From the NCBI RefSeq assembly GCF_006345805.1, contig NC_043011.1:58850464-58914463 (forward strand): 64,000 bases of DNA, written 5' to 3'. Shown piece by piece: positions 52,737 to 64,000 of this stretch (positions are counted from its first letter, which is position 1; each line of letters opens with the position of its first letter). Under the pieces are notes generated by a model that had not been told where the DNA came from, ran no database searches, and worked only from the letters and a program-made list of their open reading frames with translations. A program made the translations under genes and the position numbers. Origin of the DNA: Octopus sinensis. Taxonomy: Eukaryota.

Positions 52737-54169
52737 TTGTTGAAAAAAAACAAATACTGTTATTCTGTAACTTTAATTGAAAAAATTAGATATTAATGAC
52801 GAATCGTTTCATCGGCAAGAAATATTTATTCGTTGTCACAATTCTAAATGATTTATTTACTTTTCATTATATTTTGTATAAAAGTACAAAGACTGGGAAC
52901 AGAAGTGATTCGCTGAAATATAGAAATTTTTGATTTCGATAATTGGATAAATGATATTTATTTTATGTTGAAATTATGAAAAACAAAACAACACATTCAG
53001 GCAATAAATAATATTCCGTTTGTTTATATTATTTGTTTGTTGGATTCTTTATTTGTCTTTTTTTTGCATTTTATATTTGAATGCAAATGAGAAGAGGATG
53101 AATTGAGAGCAGACAAGTTACTGAGATAAAAGAGATGAAAATGTCCTCCAAAATGTTGTTTTCACTGAAGAGGTATTTGAATAGATAAGTATTTAATCTG
53201 GAATTTACATAATTGTAGATTCACATTTAGCGGTAATGAAACCATGGCATTCATTCCTTCAGAACATCTTTATTTTTGTACCGTAGTTATGATATGTAAA
53301 CAAATATTGTATTAATTAACGCTCAAAAAGAGGAAACAATTTATAATAATCAGTATTTAGTCAGCTAACAAATTTAATTGATTTCTATATTTTATACATA
53401 TTTGAAATTGATAGAAATTTCTCCGATTGACTTATATAAGTTATTGAATATTTCAAAAAGTGCTTGTTTTTTTCCATAAGTTTGATGTCATAAGATAAAT
53501 AATTTCAAAGGGGCGACTCGTCCACAAAGTTCAATCAGAGCACAAGACGCTACTAATCATTATCTATTGCAATCACCTTTCCAAATTCGTTCCTTTAAGC
53601 GCCTGTTTTAATCTTCAATAAGTCTGCTTACAATGTATTATTTACGGACATTACTCTCTTGTCCATTTCGTAATTATCCCAGTATTTCAAGAACGTGAAT
53701 TAAAGTAACATTTAATCTCCCAGAAGTTTGAACCCCGTTTTGGAAGTCATTTTCTGAATTTAGCTTACATTTTATTTAACTTCCGATATTTCTTTTCCAC
53801 TGCCCACTATTGCTTGCCCGTAGGATCGGCTAGACGATGGAAATGACTATCAAAGTTATATCCTGTTTATCAGGTTAACTCCTCCCCTACAAGCATGGAT
53901 CTCCTTGGTATTACATTCTGTACCAAATTGCTAACACTTCCTTGTAGAGTAGAATTTTGGTGCACTGTTGGCTTGATTTTAAGCTGGTCAAGACGATATG
54001 ATTGTTATGGAGAGAATGAAACCCAACGTTACGATAGTAACTGGCACATTTCTCATAGCTACGTTATAGACACCAATAGATTGAAACCAGCATATTACAA
54101 GATGATTTCGCTACAGTTTCAGTAGCTTCCACATAGCATTCCTTTCTTATTGCCATGTGTCTTTTATAT

Positions 54170-54592
54170 TTTATTTGTTTCAGGGATTAGACTGTGGCAA
54201 TGCTCGGGCACTGCATTGAAGAATTTTAGCTGAACAAATAGATTCACAAGCTTATATTTTAAAGCCTTATTCTACCGGTCATTTTACTGGACCCTAAGTT
54301 ATGAGGGAGGAAAGCACGCAGAGGCAAACCCATACGCACACATACATAGATATCAAAATGTGACCTCGTGTGTACCGTTGGCGATTTTTTTTCTCTGTCT
54401 TCCCTTCTCTGGATCTTTCCTTCTCCTATGTTTCCGACGAAGCGCTCCGCTCGAAACGTTAAGCCCTCCTCCTTTCCTTCTTTCCTGAGCGTCCAATAAT
54501 ACTATATTTGTTTCACGTCCTCGCGTTGTTGTGTTTTTTTGTGCTTTCTTGTTTGGATTAACTTTATATATATATATATATATGTATTTATA

Positions 54593-54625
<33 letters not shown>

Positions 54626-54790
54626 CTATATACATACACACAGACACACACACACACGGGTTTTTTCACTGTCCTTCTACCAAATCTGCTCACAAAGACC
54701 TGTTCGCCCCAAGACTCTAATAGAAGACACTTGCCCAAGGTACCACACAGTAGAACTGAACCTGGACGCATGAGGGTAGAAAAATTGCTC
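54170..54790 (-). mobile_element. SINE family B interrupted by a Penelope fragment
   Basis: GAAGACACTTGCCCAAGG and CTACCAAATCTGCTCACAAAG on the right; degenerate tail on the left. Confidence 0.7.
54351..54565 (+). mobile_element. Penelope-like terminal fragment with a decayed hammerhead
   Basis: GTTT-CCGACGA-A-GCGC-TCC-GCTC-GAAACGTT-AAGC at 54430-54464: HHR layout with palindromic AACGTT, a U4C core change and one stem II mismatch; ends at (TA)n. Confidence 0.65.
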
Positions 54791-54955
54791 TGTCTTTCTG
54801 AAAGGCGAAGTGTTATTGAAGCCCAGGCGTAAATCTGAATTTATTTAAATCATTTTGTGGTACCCGGTGTAAAAAGTGTCTCATTTGAATTGATATTATT
54901 TTACAGAAATTTGCATAAATTGAGGAAAACCTCACCATGACGTCACATATATTCT

Positions 54956-55186
54956 TATTTCTTTATTGCCCACAAGGGGCTAAACATAGAGGAGACTAAC
55001 AAGGACAGACAAACTGATCAAGTCGATTATATCGACCCTAGTGGGTAACTGGTACTTATTTAATCGACCCCGCAAGGATGAAAGGCAAAGTCGACCTCGG
55101 CCGAATTTGAACTCAGAACGTATCTGCAGACTAAATTCTGCTAAGCGTTTCGCCCGGCGTGCTAGCGTTTCTGCCAGCTCGCCGCC
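54956..55186 (-). mobile_element. SINE family A, full length
   Basis: reverse complement of the full family A sequence. Confidence 0.9.
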
Positions 55187-55571
55187 TTAACATATATTTA
55201 TTTTATATGCCGTTACATATATTCTTTTTCAGCTAACATTCTGCAGTCTGCCTCATCATAAACGATATACAACTAAAATGATGACATCTTGTTAAAACTT
55301 TGTTCGTTTACAAATGCTTCTACTGAAACTGAAGAGACAATGAATGCGCGAGGAATACATTTAAATTCTTCATAACTATTAACGCGCGCGCGCGCGCACA
55401 CACACACACACACATATATATATTAAATTCATGGTTCACGCAAGTGAAACGAAATACTGAAATAAAATGTTTCAGTATTAAGGCCAGGGAACTTTAGAAT
55501 ATAATGGAATACTGATGAGCGCAAGTATAAAATGAAATGTAGTGATGAATACATAAGATGTGGAAATTTAA

Positions 55572-55802
55572 GGCGGTGAGCTGGCAGAAACGTGAGCACG
55601 CCGGGCGAAATGCGTAGCCGTATTTCGTCTGTCGTTACATTCTGAGTTCAAATTCTGCCGAGCTCGACTTTACCGTTCATCCTTTCGGGATCGATAAAAT
55701 AAGTACCAGTTACGCACTAGGGTCGATGTGATCGACTTAATCCCTTTGTCTGTCCTTGTTTGTCCCCTCTACGTTTTGCTCTTTGTGGGCAGTAAAGAAA
55801 TA
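55572..55802 (+). mobile_element. SINE family A, full length, with target-site duplication
   Basis: ATAAGATGTGGAA at 55553-55565 and 55806-55818 flanks the copy. Confidence 0.9.
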
Positions 55803-55869
55803 TATATAAGATGTGGAATTTTTTTAAATGACAATAAGAGTGAAAGTAGCAAACATTAAAATTACATAG

Positions 55870-56210
55870 CTCTATGGGTAAGAAACGGACTTTGTAAGCC
55901 CGTGGTTTTGAGTTCAGTTTCACTGTGTGGCGTCAGGGCCGAGGTCTTCTTCTATTGACCCGATGAGTGAATTTAGTAGATGGAATATGGGAGATAGCCT
56001 GTTGACTATTTGTGTGTATATGCGTGTCAGTATATGTGTGTGTGTATGTATGTGTGTGTGATTGTGTGCCATTCTGTCGGTGCTTGTTACATATCAGCCT
56101 GGCAACCGGTGATGCCTTGTTTTTTCTCCCCGTACGTTGACGGCTAAACAGGTAGCAGACACGAAAAAATAATTACTGTGGTCGATTTTTTCGACTAAAA
56201 CTATGCTCAA
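55870..56210 (+). mobile_element. degenerate SINE family B
   Basis: GGGTAAG..GAGTTCAGTTTCACTGTGTGG..GGTCTTCTTCTAT..internal (TG)n. Confidence 0.6.
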
Positions 56211-56399
56211 TTTCTGAAACCAGAAAAAAGATGAAAACTAAAAATAGTTGTTTTTACGTATTATTACCGATCAGTAATAATTAAACGATAAAACAATTAC
56301 AATAAATGATGCCAACATGACGAACACCAACTAAATGAAATCAGTTGCGAAGGTCAATATCTCAAGGTTGAAGAAACTATTATCTGGAGTAGACGCTTT

Positions 56400-59140
56400 A
56401 GATTGAAAGGTGAATTGGTTCAGCTTCACGTGTAATCAAAGAAATGAGACAAAAACGAAGCAAACAATATAGCAAATGATCAAATAGAAAAGGATAGAAA
56501 AGAGAAAATGTCTTCCAAGCCTTGTTCAATTGAATAATGAATTGAGACAACAGAAAAACGAAGGAGAAACAAATATTACAGAAGAGAAAATATAACAAGC
56601 AAATTAATTATGATTATCCAAATTCAATGAATGACTGAAACAAAAGGTTTCTGCTAAATAGCGACGAAACCGCTCCTAGAACTCCACCAGCGATTCGCTG
56701 AAGAAACAAAAGAGTTTCACTTCAAACAAATTCAATGTTAACAACCTTGTAAGAATGAATGGAATATTTAAGCAGCATAAAGAACTAGGAACCTAGAAGA
56801 AATCCAGGGTGGAGTATTGTGAACGCAGACATCACCACAGGAAAGATTATTCAAACTTGGAAGTTCATAGAAAACGGAGGATCACTTTGGTACAAAAGAT
56901 GAAAGAACCAAAATGTGACAGCATTCTAGTTGTCGAGTTAAATTCTTTAAAACCAATGCATAAAGTGCTGGCAGATCTGGTCCCATAAGATATTGATAGA
57001 GTCGGAGGCAGGACCAGAATGACTTCTTCAGAGGAACTCGATTTAATTTCCGAAACTAAAGAAACAACAGAAAATGTTAAGCATCCTGGACCGTACCCTG
57101 CCATCATTAAGCTTATGGGAACTAAACAGCAATTATAATAATTAGAACTCTTTAAAAAGTAGACAAAGTAAAGTTAGCCGAAAAACAGAAGTGTTACAAT
57201 GCCACATAAATCAGTAATTAGCAATTAATGATCAAAAAGATATAATCACATTGTGAAGAATGAAACCAACCTGAGCACGGAATTCCTTGACTACGGTAAT
57301 ATCTTTGACATTCTGTGCGTTTTCAAACAAGCGCTAACACCTTTAAAGGTTTTGAATCAATTTCGATGTGGGCATTCAGTCTATCGTTTTATATATGATC
57401 GATTTCAGGTTTTCAGGTACAAATGATAAATAGACTAGTTTCATTGAAACAGAGACACCACGAACTTAGTGGCATAATTTGTAGACGATTCGCAAAAGAA
57501 CAATGGCAAATATTAGCCTTACAGGGAGAAACATTATTAAAAAAAAAATTGAAGTTACAAAAAGACAAATAATCAAATGAAAGGCTGATTGATTAATAAT
57601 TTCAGACAACAAAATCGGCGAAGATGAATACTGACAAAAAAAAAAAAAACTTTTTATAGGCGCTGAAATTCATACTGAAAAAGTTCTCAATGCAAAAAGA
57701 GTACGGTAAAAGGAATTGACGTTGTCTGTTTGCCCCAGGAGAAATTAATTGTTTTATATTTTGAACCAGACGCCAAAAACACATGTAAGGTTACACAGAC
57801 AATGACTGCAATGAGACTATACTGAAAAAAATATTGTCATAAATATATGAAGGTAGCGAACTTGTACAAATACATACATACTTTAAAATGTCTTCTATAT
57901 GACAACCATGTTTAGTGGAGGATGATAGGAAACAAGCATCGATAACACATGAAGAGGAGAATTACTTTCTCAATTCAGGTTGTCTTACAAATGCGTAAGG
58001 GATTTTAAATCGCTAGGAGTTTTGAAAACTCTAAAACCTAATTGCCAAATAGCGTCAGAAATGTTTTGCAAAGGAGATTTCAAAAAACAGGAAATAATGA
58101 AGACAGATTGTACCAGTGGCCAAGAACAACTGGTTTCAAATCTAGGGCAAAGATTCATGACTAGCGTTGAAATTCTGATCCTCCCAGAAGAAATTGGACT
58201 TAACATGTAATGAAGCAGAAAACATTATATGGAAGGGAAGAACCATATTGCTTCGATTTTTCCAGTTTTAGCTAAAAAGAAACTTTATCTATTTGGAAGA
58301 ATTAGTAAATAGCAATGGAGAGGAAATATCAAAATGATTAAATAAACTCCCTTTAAATCTTTGACACAGGTGAACCAAATTGTAGTAGGAATAAGAATTT
58401 GATTAAGAGAATAGTATAGTTATGAACATCACTGTACTCATAAAGGTACATCGGTACAAACTGTCATCGATGTAAGCACAAAGGTATATCAAAACCCGAT
58501 GAATCAGGTAGGATAACAAATGCATATATAAAAAAATAAAGAGAAAAGCAAGAAGTAAAAGAAATTCCAATACTGAATGAAATTCTTAACAAAAAAGTCC
58601 AAAGAAAGTTTAAAGAATTTTATGATATGACAAGTGAATTGGTGGAAGATCAACAAAGCGTGCAACCAGACATTTACGGTTAATCGGAACAAATCAGTCA
58701 GTAACGAATGCAGTTAGAACAATTCTCTGAACAAAACAAACAGCATCACTCTACTTGAAAATGATTTTATCGAAAGTTAGTCCAATATAAGATGAAAATC
58801 TATGCTGTACCGGCGGCAAAAGATGCCAAAGAATTCCAAGTTTGAGTGTGGGTAGTGAAGAACTCATTACCACCAAAATTGCTCGAAGCAGAGAACACGA
58901 CACCTGGATAAAAGTGGCTGATACTGGCTGATATAGAAACAATATATCAGGCACCACAATGTTCCCGATAAACGGAAGGCAAGAAAATAGAAGATTACAA
59001 GATTCTGGTTAAAATAATTCATAAAATGAAAAGAAAAAAACTCAGGTTCTGACATTTTATTTAATGTGACTGCAAGAATTAGAAACATCTCTTTACGTTT
59101 CACCGAGTGGCTGGGAAAAAATTACTCCACAAGAATAAAA
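56400..59140 (+). pseudogene. decayed 5' half of an R4/Dong-type LINE ORF, truncated at (TA)n
   Basis: A-rich coding-like strand bias; a TPG.KVA.YWL-like segment, KITRFWLK and EWLG resemble the RT-start motifs PGPD.I..FWLK and PEWL. Confidence 0.5.
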
Positions 59141-59154
59141 TATACATAATTTGT

Positions 59155-59196
<42 letters not shown>

Positions 59197-61021
59197 CGTC
59201 TGTAACATAATATGAGATGCCAACGATTGAAAAACAGTTGAACACAGGTCTACTTTATCAGAGCTGATATGAGGCTAAATGATGATATGAATATAAAAGA
59301 ATTACGTTCCTTTAAACGTCTGTTTGTATCTTAAATCGTTCGGCATCGGCCGCTTGCGCGTTCATTTCTTTGTTCTTTTGTATTCGTAAATGAAACTCAT
59401 AGAGATTTTAATAGTTTATGCGTCATTTAAGTCAGTTTGCTCCTCGTTCCTTGGCGTTAGTCTATACCGTTTTACGTCAGTTAAAAGTTCGTACTAACAA
59501 TGTAGGTTTACTAGAATAATAGTTACAAAATAAAGGTTTTTCTATACTCCTTATATTGATTTGTAAAGAAAATTACCTACATACCGTTAGTCACTTTGCT
59601 TTTCCGACGTAATCTTAAAATGTTTTACACGTGTTATTTTTTTTCTTTCCTGTGCAAATATCTTACGGAAACTTAATATCAATCTATACTTGATCACCAT
59701 TATATAATTCTGTTAGAAATTAAATAATTTTTAATCGATATTAATTTACTTGGTAACAACCTTAATATCCACCTGAAAACAAAACAAATAAATTGATGGG
59801 TACACTGGATTAAGTACGAGCCGCTGGCGTTGGTGAGAAAGTTTTTCTATTTCTAGTCCTCACCCGAAAGGCAACCCAACTACAAAAGCCTCAATCTATT
59901 TCCAAGAACTCTTCGAAAATATTTGGTTGTCATATCTTGCAGATCGGTTAGTTGGTAACTTAGAATATTATTCTAAAGTAATTGATATTCTTGGGATATG
60001 AAACGGTCGACATATCTGGTATTCCACAGAGAGTTTCTGTTTCTGAATTGTCAGAGCAACAGGCATTTGATATGAAATCGTTATATATGAAACAGAGATA
60101 CGAATATGCGCCCAAGAAATATCAACCATTGTGTAAAACAAGTCATCCTATAATAATATTATATTTGAATATATTATAGTAACTAATTACCAAGCATTAA
60201 CATTTCTGGGTAATTTTATTCTAAGATAGCCGTGAAATAGAAATCTTCAGATAAGAGCAGACACCGTCTATAACTCTTCTAAAGCCATCGTGGATTTGGA
60301 AGTCTATTGATGGATTTAGAAAGAGGAGAGAGTCGCAATGCAAGGTAACGATAATGGTTGAAGCTGAAAGTAAAAGCTTACTGTTGCATTAAAAAGATAC
60401 AAACAAGATTTACTAGTAATGAATCTGGAGATAAAGGCGCTCCATTTTTATGCGCCGGCCGCCATACTAGGTCTCTGTTGAAGATCCCGTCTCTAAATCT
60501 CTCTAAATCTTAACGAATATAGTTTCCTTGAATGTCAGTATCAAAACTTACAAAGATTATATTTCATTCAGCTTGGTATCGCTGGAAATATATCTTCTGA
60601 TAAACACTCAACTTCTATATATACCGCGGATAATTTTATAAATCCGTTGAAAATGTATAAATATATGCTATTAGGAAGCGTCATCTATTGACTTCTAATT
60701 TTAAAAATCAGAAATTCCTCCGGCAAATACATGACGCAGTTACATCTATTGGTTATGCTGCAATGATGAAATATAAACAAAGAAATCCTTTGACTAACAT
60801 ATTTGTCAAACCCGTCTTCCAAAAACATTTCTATTCCTGTCTGAAAGTCCGGAGCGAGGAATTATTCACCGAAATACACGAAAGCAAAACGAAGATGTGA
60901 TTTACTTCTCTGAATTTCACTGATTTCATTCTTCAACTGGACATTACGATGGTAAATATAAGCGATAGTTAAGTGTAGTTAAGTGCTGGGGTCAAGGCGG
61001 TGGCCGCAGATTTAATCTTTG

Positions 61022-61096
61022 TACATACATACACACACATACATACATACATACATACATACATACATACATACATACATACATACATACATACAT
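61022..61096. repeat. (ACAT)n tetranucleotide repeat
   Basis: read directly. Confidence 0.95.
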
Positions 61097-61224
61097 AGAA
61101 ACATACACACTAAGGAATCTCCAGTCGAAGGTTTTGTTTAAAGAGGTGCACAAATGATTTGTCTATACTAATCAAATGTATGTGGTGTAGAATAGCTCAG
61201 TCATTGCATCAAATGGACATTACC

Positions 61225-61365
61225 TGTACAGGGGAACAAGTGTTCCACTGGTCAGATGTCGAAAATATTGTGGAACAATATGAAATAGAGTGTTTTGCCA
61301 AAATACATTCCCGGAATCGAATCCATGTTTCAGCAATTGTGTGAGCAGCCCTTACCATTCGACCA
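61225..61365 (-). mobile_element. degenerate SINE family C
   Basis: reverse complement GGTCGAATGGTAAGG..GGATTCGATTCCGGG..TTTTGGCAAAACACT. Confidence 0.55.
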
Positions 61366-62236
61366 CATATATACACTGGCCAGCAATGAACGTGGGGCAG
61401 TTGGAGAGAATATCATTGAATTGACAATTAGTTCAGTGTATTCTATCCTAGATTATGTAATAAACTGCGAAAAAGTGTCCGATTCCGACAAGGCATCTTC
61501 AGAAGGTCCGGTGATGAAATGGTCAAACTTCTCTGACTCTGATAATATAAATGATGGCACATATAAATATATGAGTACAAATTATATTTCTATTGCGCAG
61601 AGATATTCTCACTGATGTGAAGTTGAGTTTGATGGCGACGATGATGGAACGCTTTATAGTTTAGAGTCGTTTATCAATCAATTCAACAAGACGAACTCTT
61701 TTAATGTTCAATTCTGTGAATACAAAAATTCAATAAATGAAAAATATCTGAATTTAATATAGAGTTTGAGTTCGTTCTTTGTTTCTATATAATCTTTTAT
61801 AGCTCACACCGTATTTAGCAGATTAGCTGCCTCGTCTCTGGGGATATGACATATTTAATATGACGTGTGATAACGAAACTCATTAGCAGTTCAGTTTGCG
61901 TTAAATGGGAATCAACAAGGAATTAAGCTGACAGAATGGTTAGAACAGTAGAAAACTGTCTCCCTTCTTTGATTTTTTTTTTTTTTTTTTTACATTCCGA
62001 GTTGAAATCTCACCGAGTCCGATCTTTCATTTCATCCTTACGGGATCGATATAACGAAAGGACAATTAAGCATCGAATTTCATCGTATCGACAAGATTAC
62101 TCTCCTGAAAAGTTGTTGCCCGTGTGCTAATCTCAGAAGAGAAAGTGATACGATTTTATAAAAGAACCTTTCACGTCATAAGTCAAGCTATAAGCTAAAA
62201 TTCGCAGCACCTTTATTTTTTATCATTAATTCATCC

Positions 62237-62312
62237 ATTACGTTCTGAGTTCAAATTCCGCCGACGTCGACTCTGCCTTTCATCATTTCGTGGGGGATAA
62301 ATTATGTACCAG
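62237..62312 (+). mobile_element. SINE family A internal fragment
   Basis: TTACGTTCTGAGTTCAAATTCCGCCGACGTCGACTCTGCCTTTCATC. Confidence 0.8.
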
Positions 62313-62317
62313 ATTCG

Positions 62318-62560
62318 CTAGTCAGGGTAGCTTTCAGGGTTGATCTGAGAGCTCTTCACTGATGCATTAAATGCATTCTTGAAGCGCTCCTTCTCTCCAC
62401 GTTGTGTGTCTGCCCTTCGCCAGTTCAACGCAAAGCAGTCTTGTAATGAATCATGTATCAGGCATTCAAACAAGGCCGCCTGTCCACGTTACTTGCTCTT
62501 TCTTCATCGATGTGTAAATGTTTGGCAGATCAGTAAAATATCCAAAAGGTTACGACCATT
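62318..62560 (-). pseudogene. RTE-clade LINE C-terminal fragment
   Basis: WTGGLV*MPDT..LL.VELAKGR /frameshift/ RGEKERFKNAFNASVKSSQINPES resembles the RTE motif RWAGHV.RMPD.RLPK..LYGEL..G.R..GG.KKRFKD.LK.SLK. Confidence 0.7.
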
Positions 62561-63177
62561 TGGAAATTTGGGAATTTTCTTAGGAAGTTTCATAGAATAG
62601 AAAGTTTGCTGCATCGCGTCTGGCCATATATTTTTCACTATAGATACGAAGATAGAATGAACAAATAGCGTCTAATTGATATACCTTCAAATACAGAGAC
62701 ATATTCCAAAATCATATATGAGTAAAAATGATAAGCGATATATGAAAGAGGGTTATCGAAGGCAAATATTTGATTCAGTTTCATTGATAATTTCAACGCA
62801 GTTCGACATTACAATCGTATATTCCGCAATCTGTAATACTTAAATATATAATACTTAAAATCAAAGGACAAACATTTCCAGATAGGAGTTGATGCGGATA
62901 TGCTTCACATTATATTGATATAAGAAGAGACTTTGATGACAGCTGATGGTAGATATCCAGTTATATTTCATATTCAATCGAATTATTTCATTTTCTATCT
63001 TACTCTCTCACTTTTTCCCCCTCTCTCTCTCACGTTCCATCTCTCTCACTCACGCTCTCGAATACACTGTCTTCTTATATATGTCCGTATGATTGCGAAC
63101 AGAAGGATAGATAAATATCCACAAAAGTCTTAAGACATAGACCTACCCATCTTATATATTCATATAATTAACTAAGT

Positions 63178-63191
63178 GAATACACACACAT

Positions 63192-63265
<74 letters not shown>

Positions 63266-63430
63266 TTGTGTGTGTGTGTGTGAGTATGTATGTATGTATG
63301 TATGTATGTATGTATGTATGTATGTATGTATGTATATATATATATATATTTGTGTATATATGTATGTACATATATATATGTATGTACATATATATGTATG
63401 CATATATATATATATATCTATATATATATA
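63178..63430. repeat. compound (CA)(TA)(TG)(TATG)(TA) microsatellite, copy 1
   Basis: read directly. Confidence 0.9.
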
Positions 63431-63744
63431 TTCATGGCGAAAGAGATTGACATATATGCATAAATGAATATATACCCATGTACATGTGTATATGTGTGGG
63501 TATGTCGGAGCCAGCGTGAGTGTGTGGATGCATGTTGTTTCACTGCTGTGGCTGGAAGGAAACACTCTCTGGATTTCGCCCCCCCCCCATCAAATGTTTG
63601 ATCCTGCCAAACTGTGATCCTCATAATCTATAACACAGAGAATCAAAGAAAATAACTTTCAAACAAATTGAGATTCCATTCATATGAAACTTGGCATTTA
63701 CGTCAAAGGTCGGAATATTTCCTGTTATATATCTCTATAGGCTG

Positions 63745-63760
63745 AGAATACACACACACG

Positions 63761-63809
<49 letters not shown>

Positions 63810-63860
63810 TTGTGTGTGTGTGTGTGTGTGAGTATGTATGTATGTATGTATGTATGTATG

Positions 63861-63900
<40 letters not shown>
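63745..63900. repeat. compound microsatellite, copy 2, with the same interruption pattern
   Basis: shares GTGTGTGTTTGTGTG..TGAGTATGTATG with copy 1. Confidence 0.9.
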
Positions 63901-63902
<2 letters not shown>

Positions 63903-64000
63903 CACATATGTGAGTGTGTAAGAGAGCTAGAAATCAGCTGTTTGTTGTATAAATCGAATAAAATGATGAAATTGATGACATTAAATGATTGATCTATGAC

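Noticed and set aside
55505-55545. CTGATGA...GAAA as another hammerhead
   Set aside because: The intervening sequence cannot form stem II.
61295-61615. 106-aa plus-strand ORF
   Set aside because: Its start lies in an antisense SINE C remnant and the remainder has no recognisable motif.

Overview
AT-rich, repeat-saturated animal genomic DNA that looks intergenic or intronic. It is very probably octopus or another coleoid cephalopod; this is inferred from recurring tRNA-headed SINE families I recall from octopus and from the dense compound microsatellites. I cannot confidently identify any host protein-coding gene: most supplied ORFs are microsatellite read-through or antisense of repeats, and only a few low-confidence candidate exons remain. 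The window holds three tRNA-derived SINE families (A, B and C, about 20 copies) and a cluster of non-autonomous Helitrons (TC...hairpin-CTAG, inserted at A|T). It also has decayed R4/Dong-type restriction-endonuclease LINE pieces (N-terminal, RT and RLE parts) sitting in TAA repeats, RTE-type LINE remnants and a LINE ORF1 pseudogene split by a Helitron. DNA-transposon relics include a hAT MITE, a TTAGGG-containing MITE and a 1.5-kb long-TIR foldback element; there is also a near-identical 0.8-kb tandem duplication. The most notable signal is a set of Penelope-type terminal fragments carrying hammerhead ribozyme (HHR) motifs. One has an intact canonical core and is present twice as a 147-bp near-perfect inverted repeat (2792-3115); three others have variant or decayed cores. 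A second notable item is a 570-bp non-tRNA element with a (TAA)n tail, present twice, which may be a non-autonomous partner of Dong/R4 LINEs.
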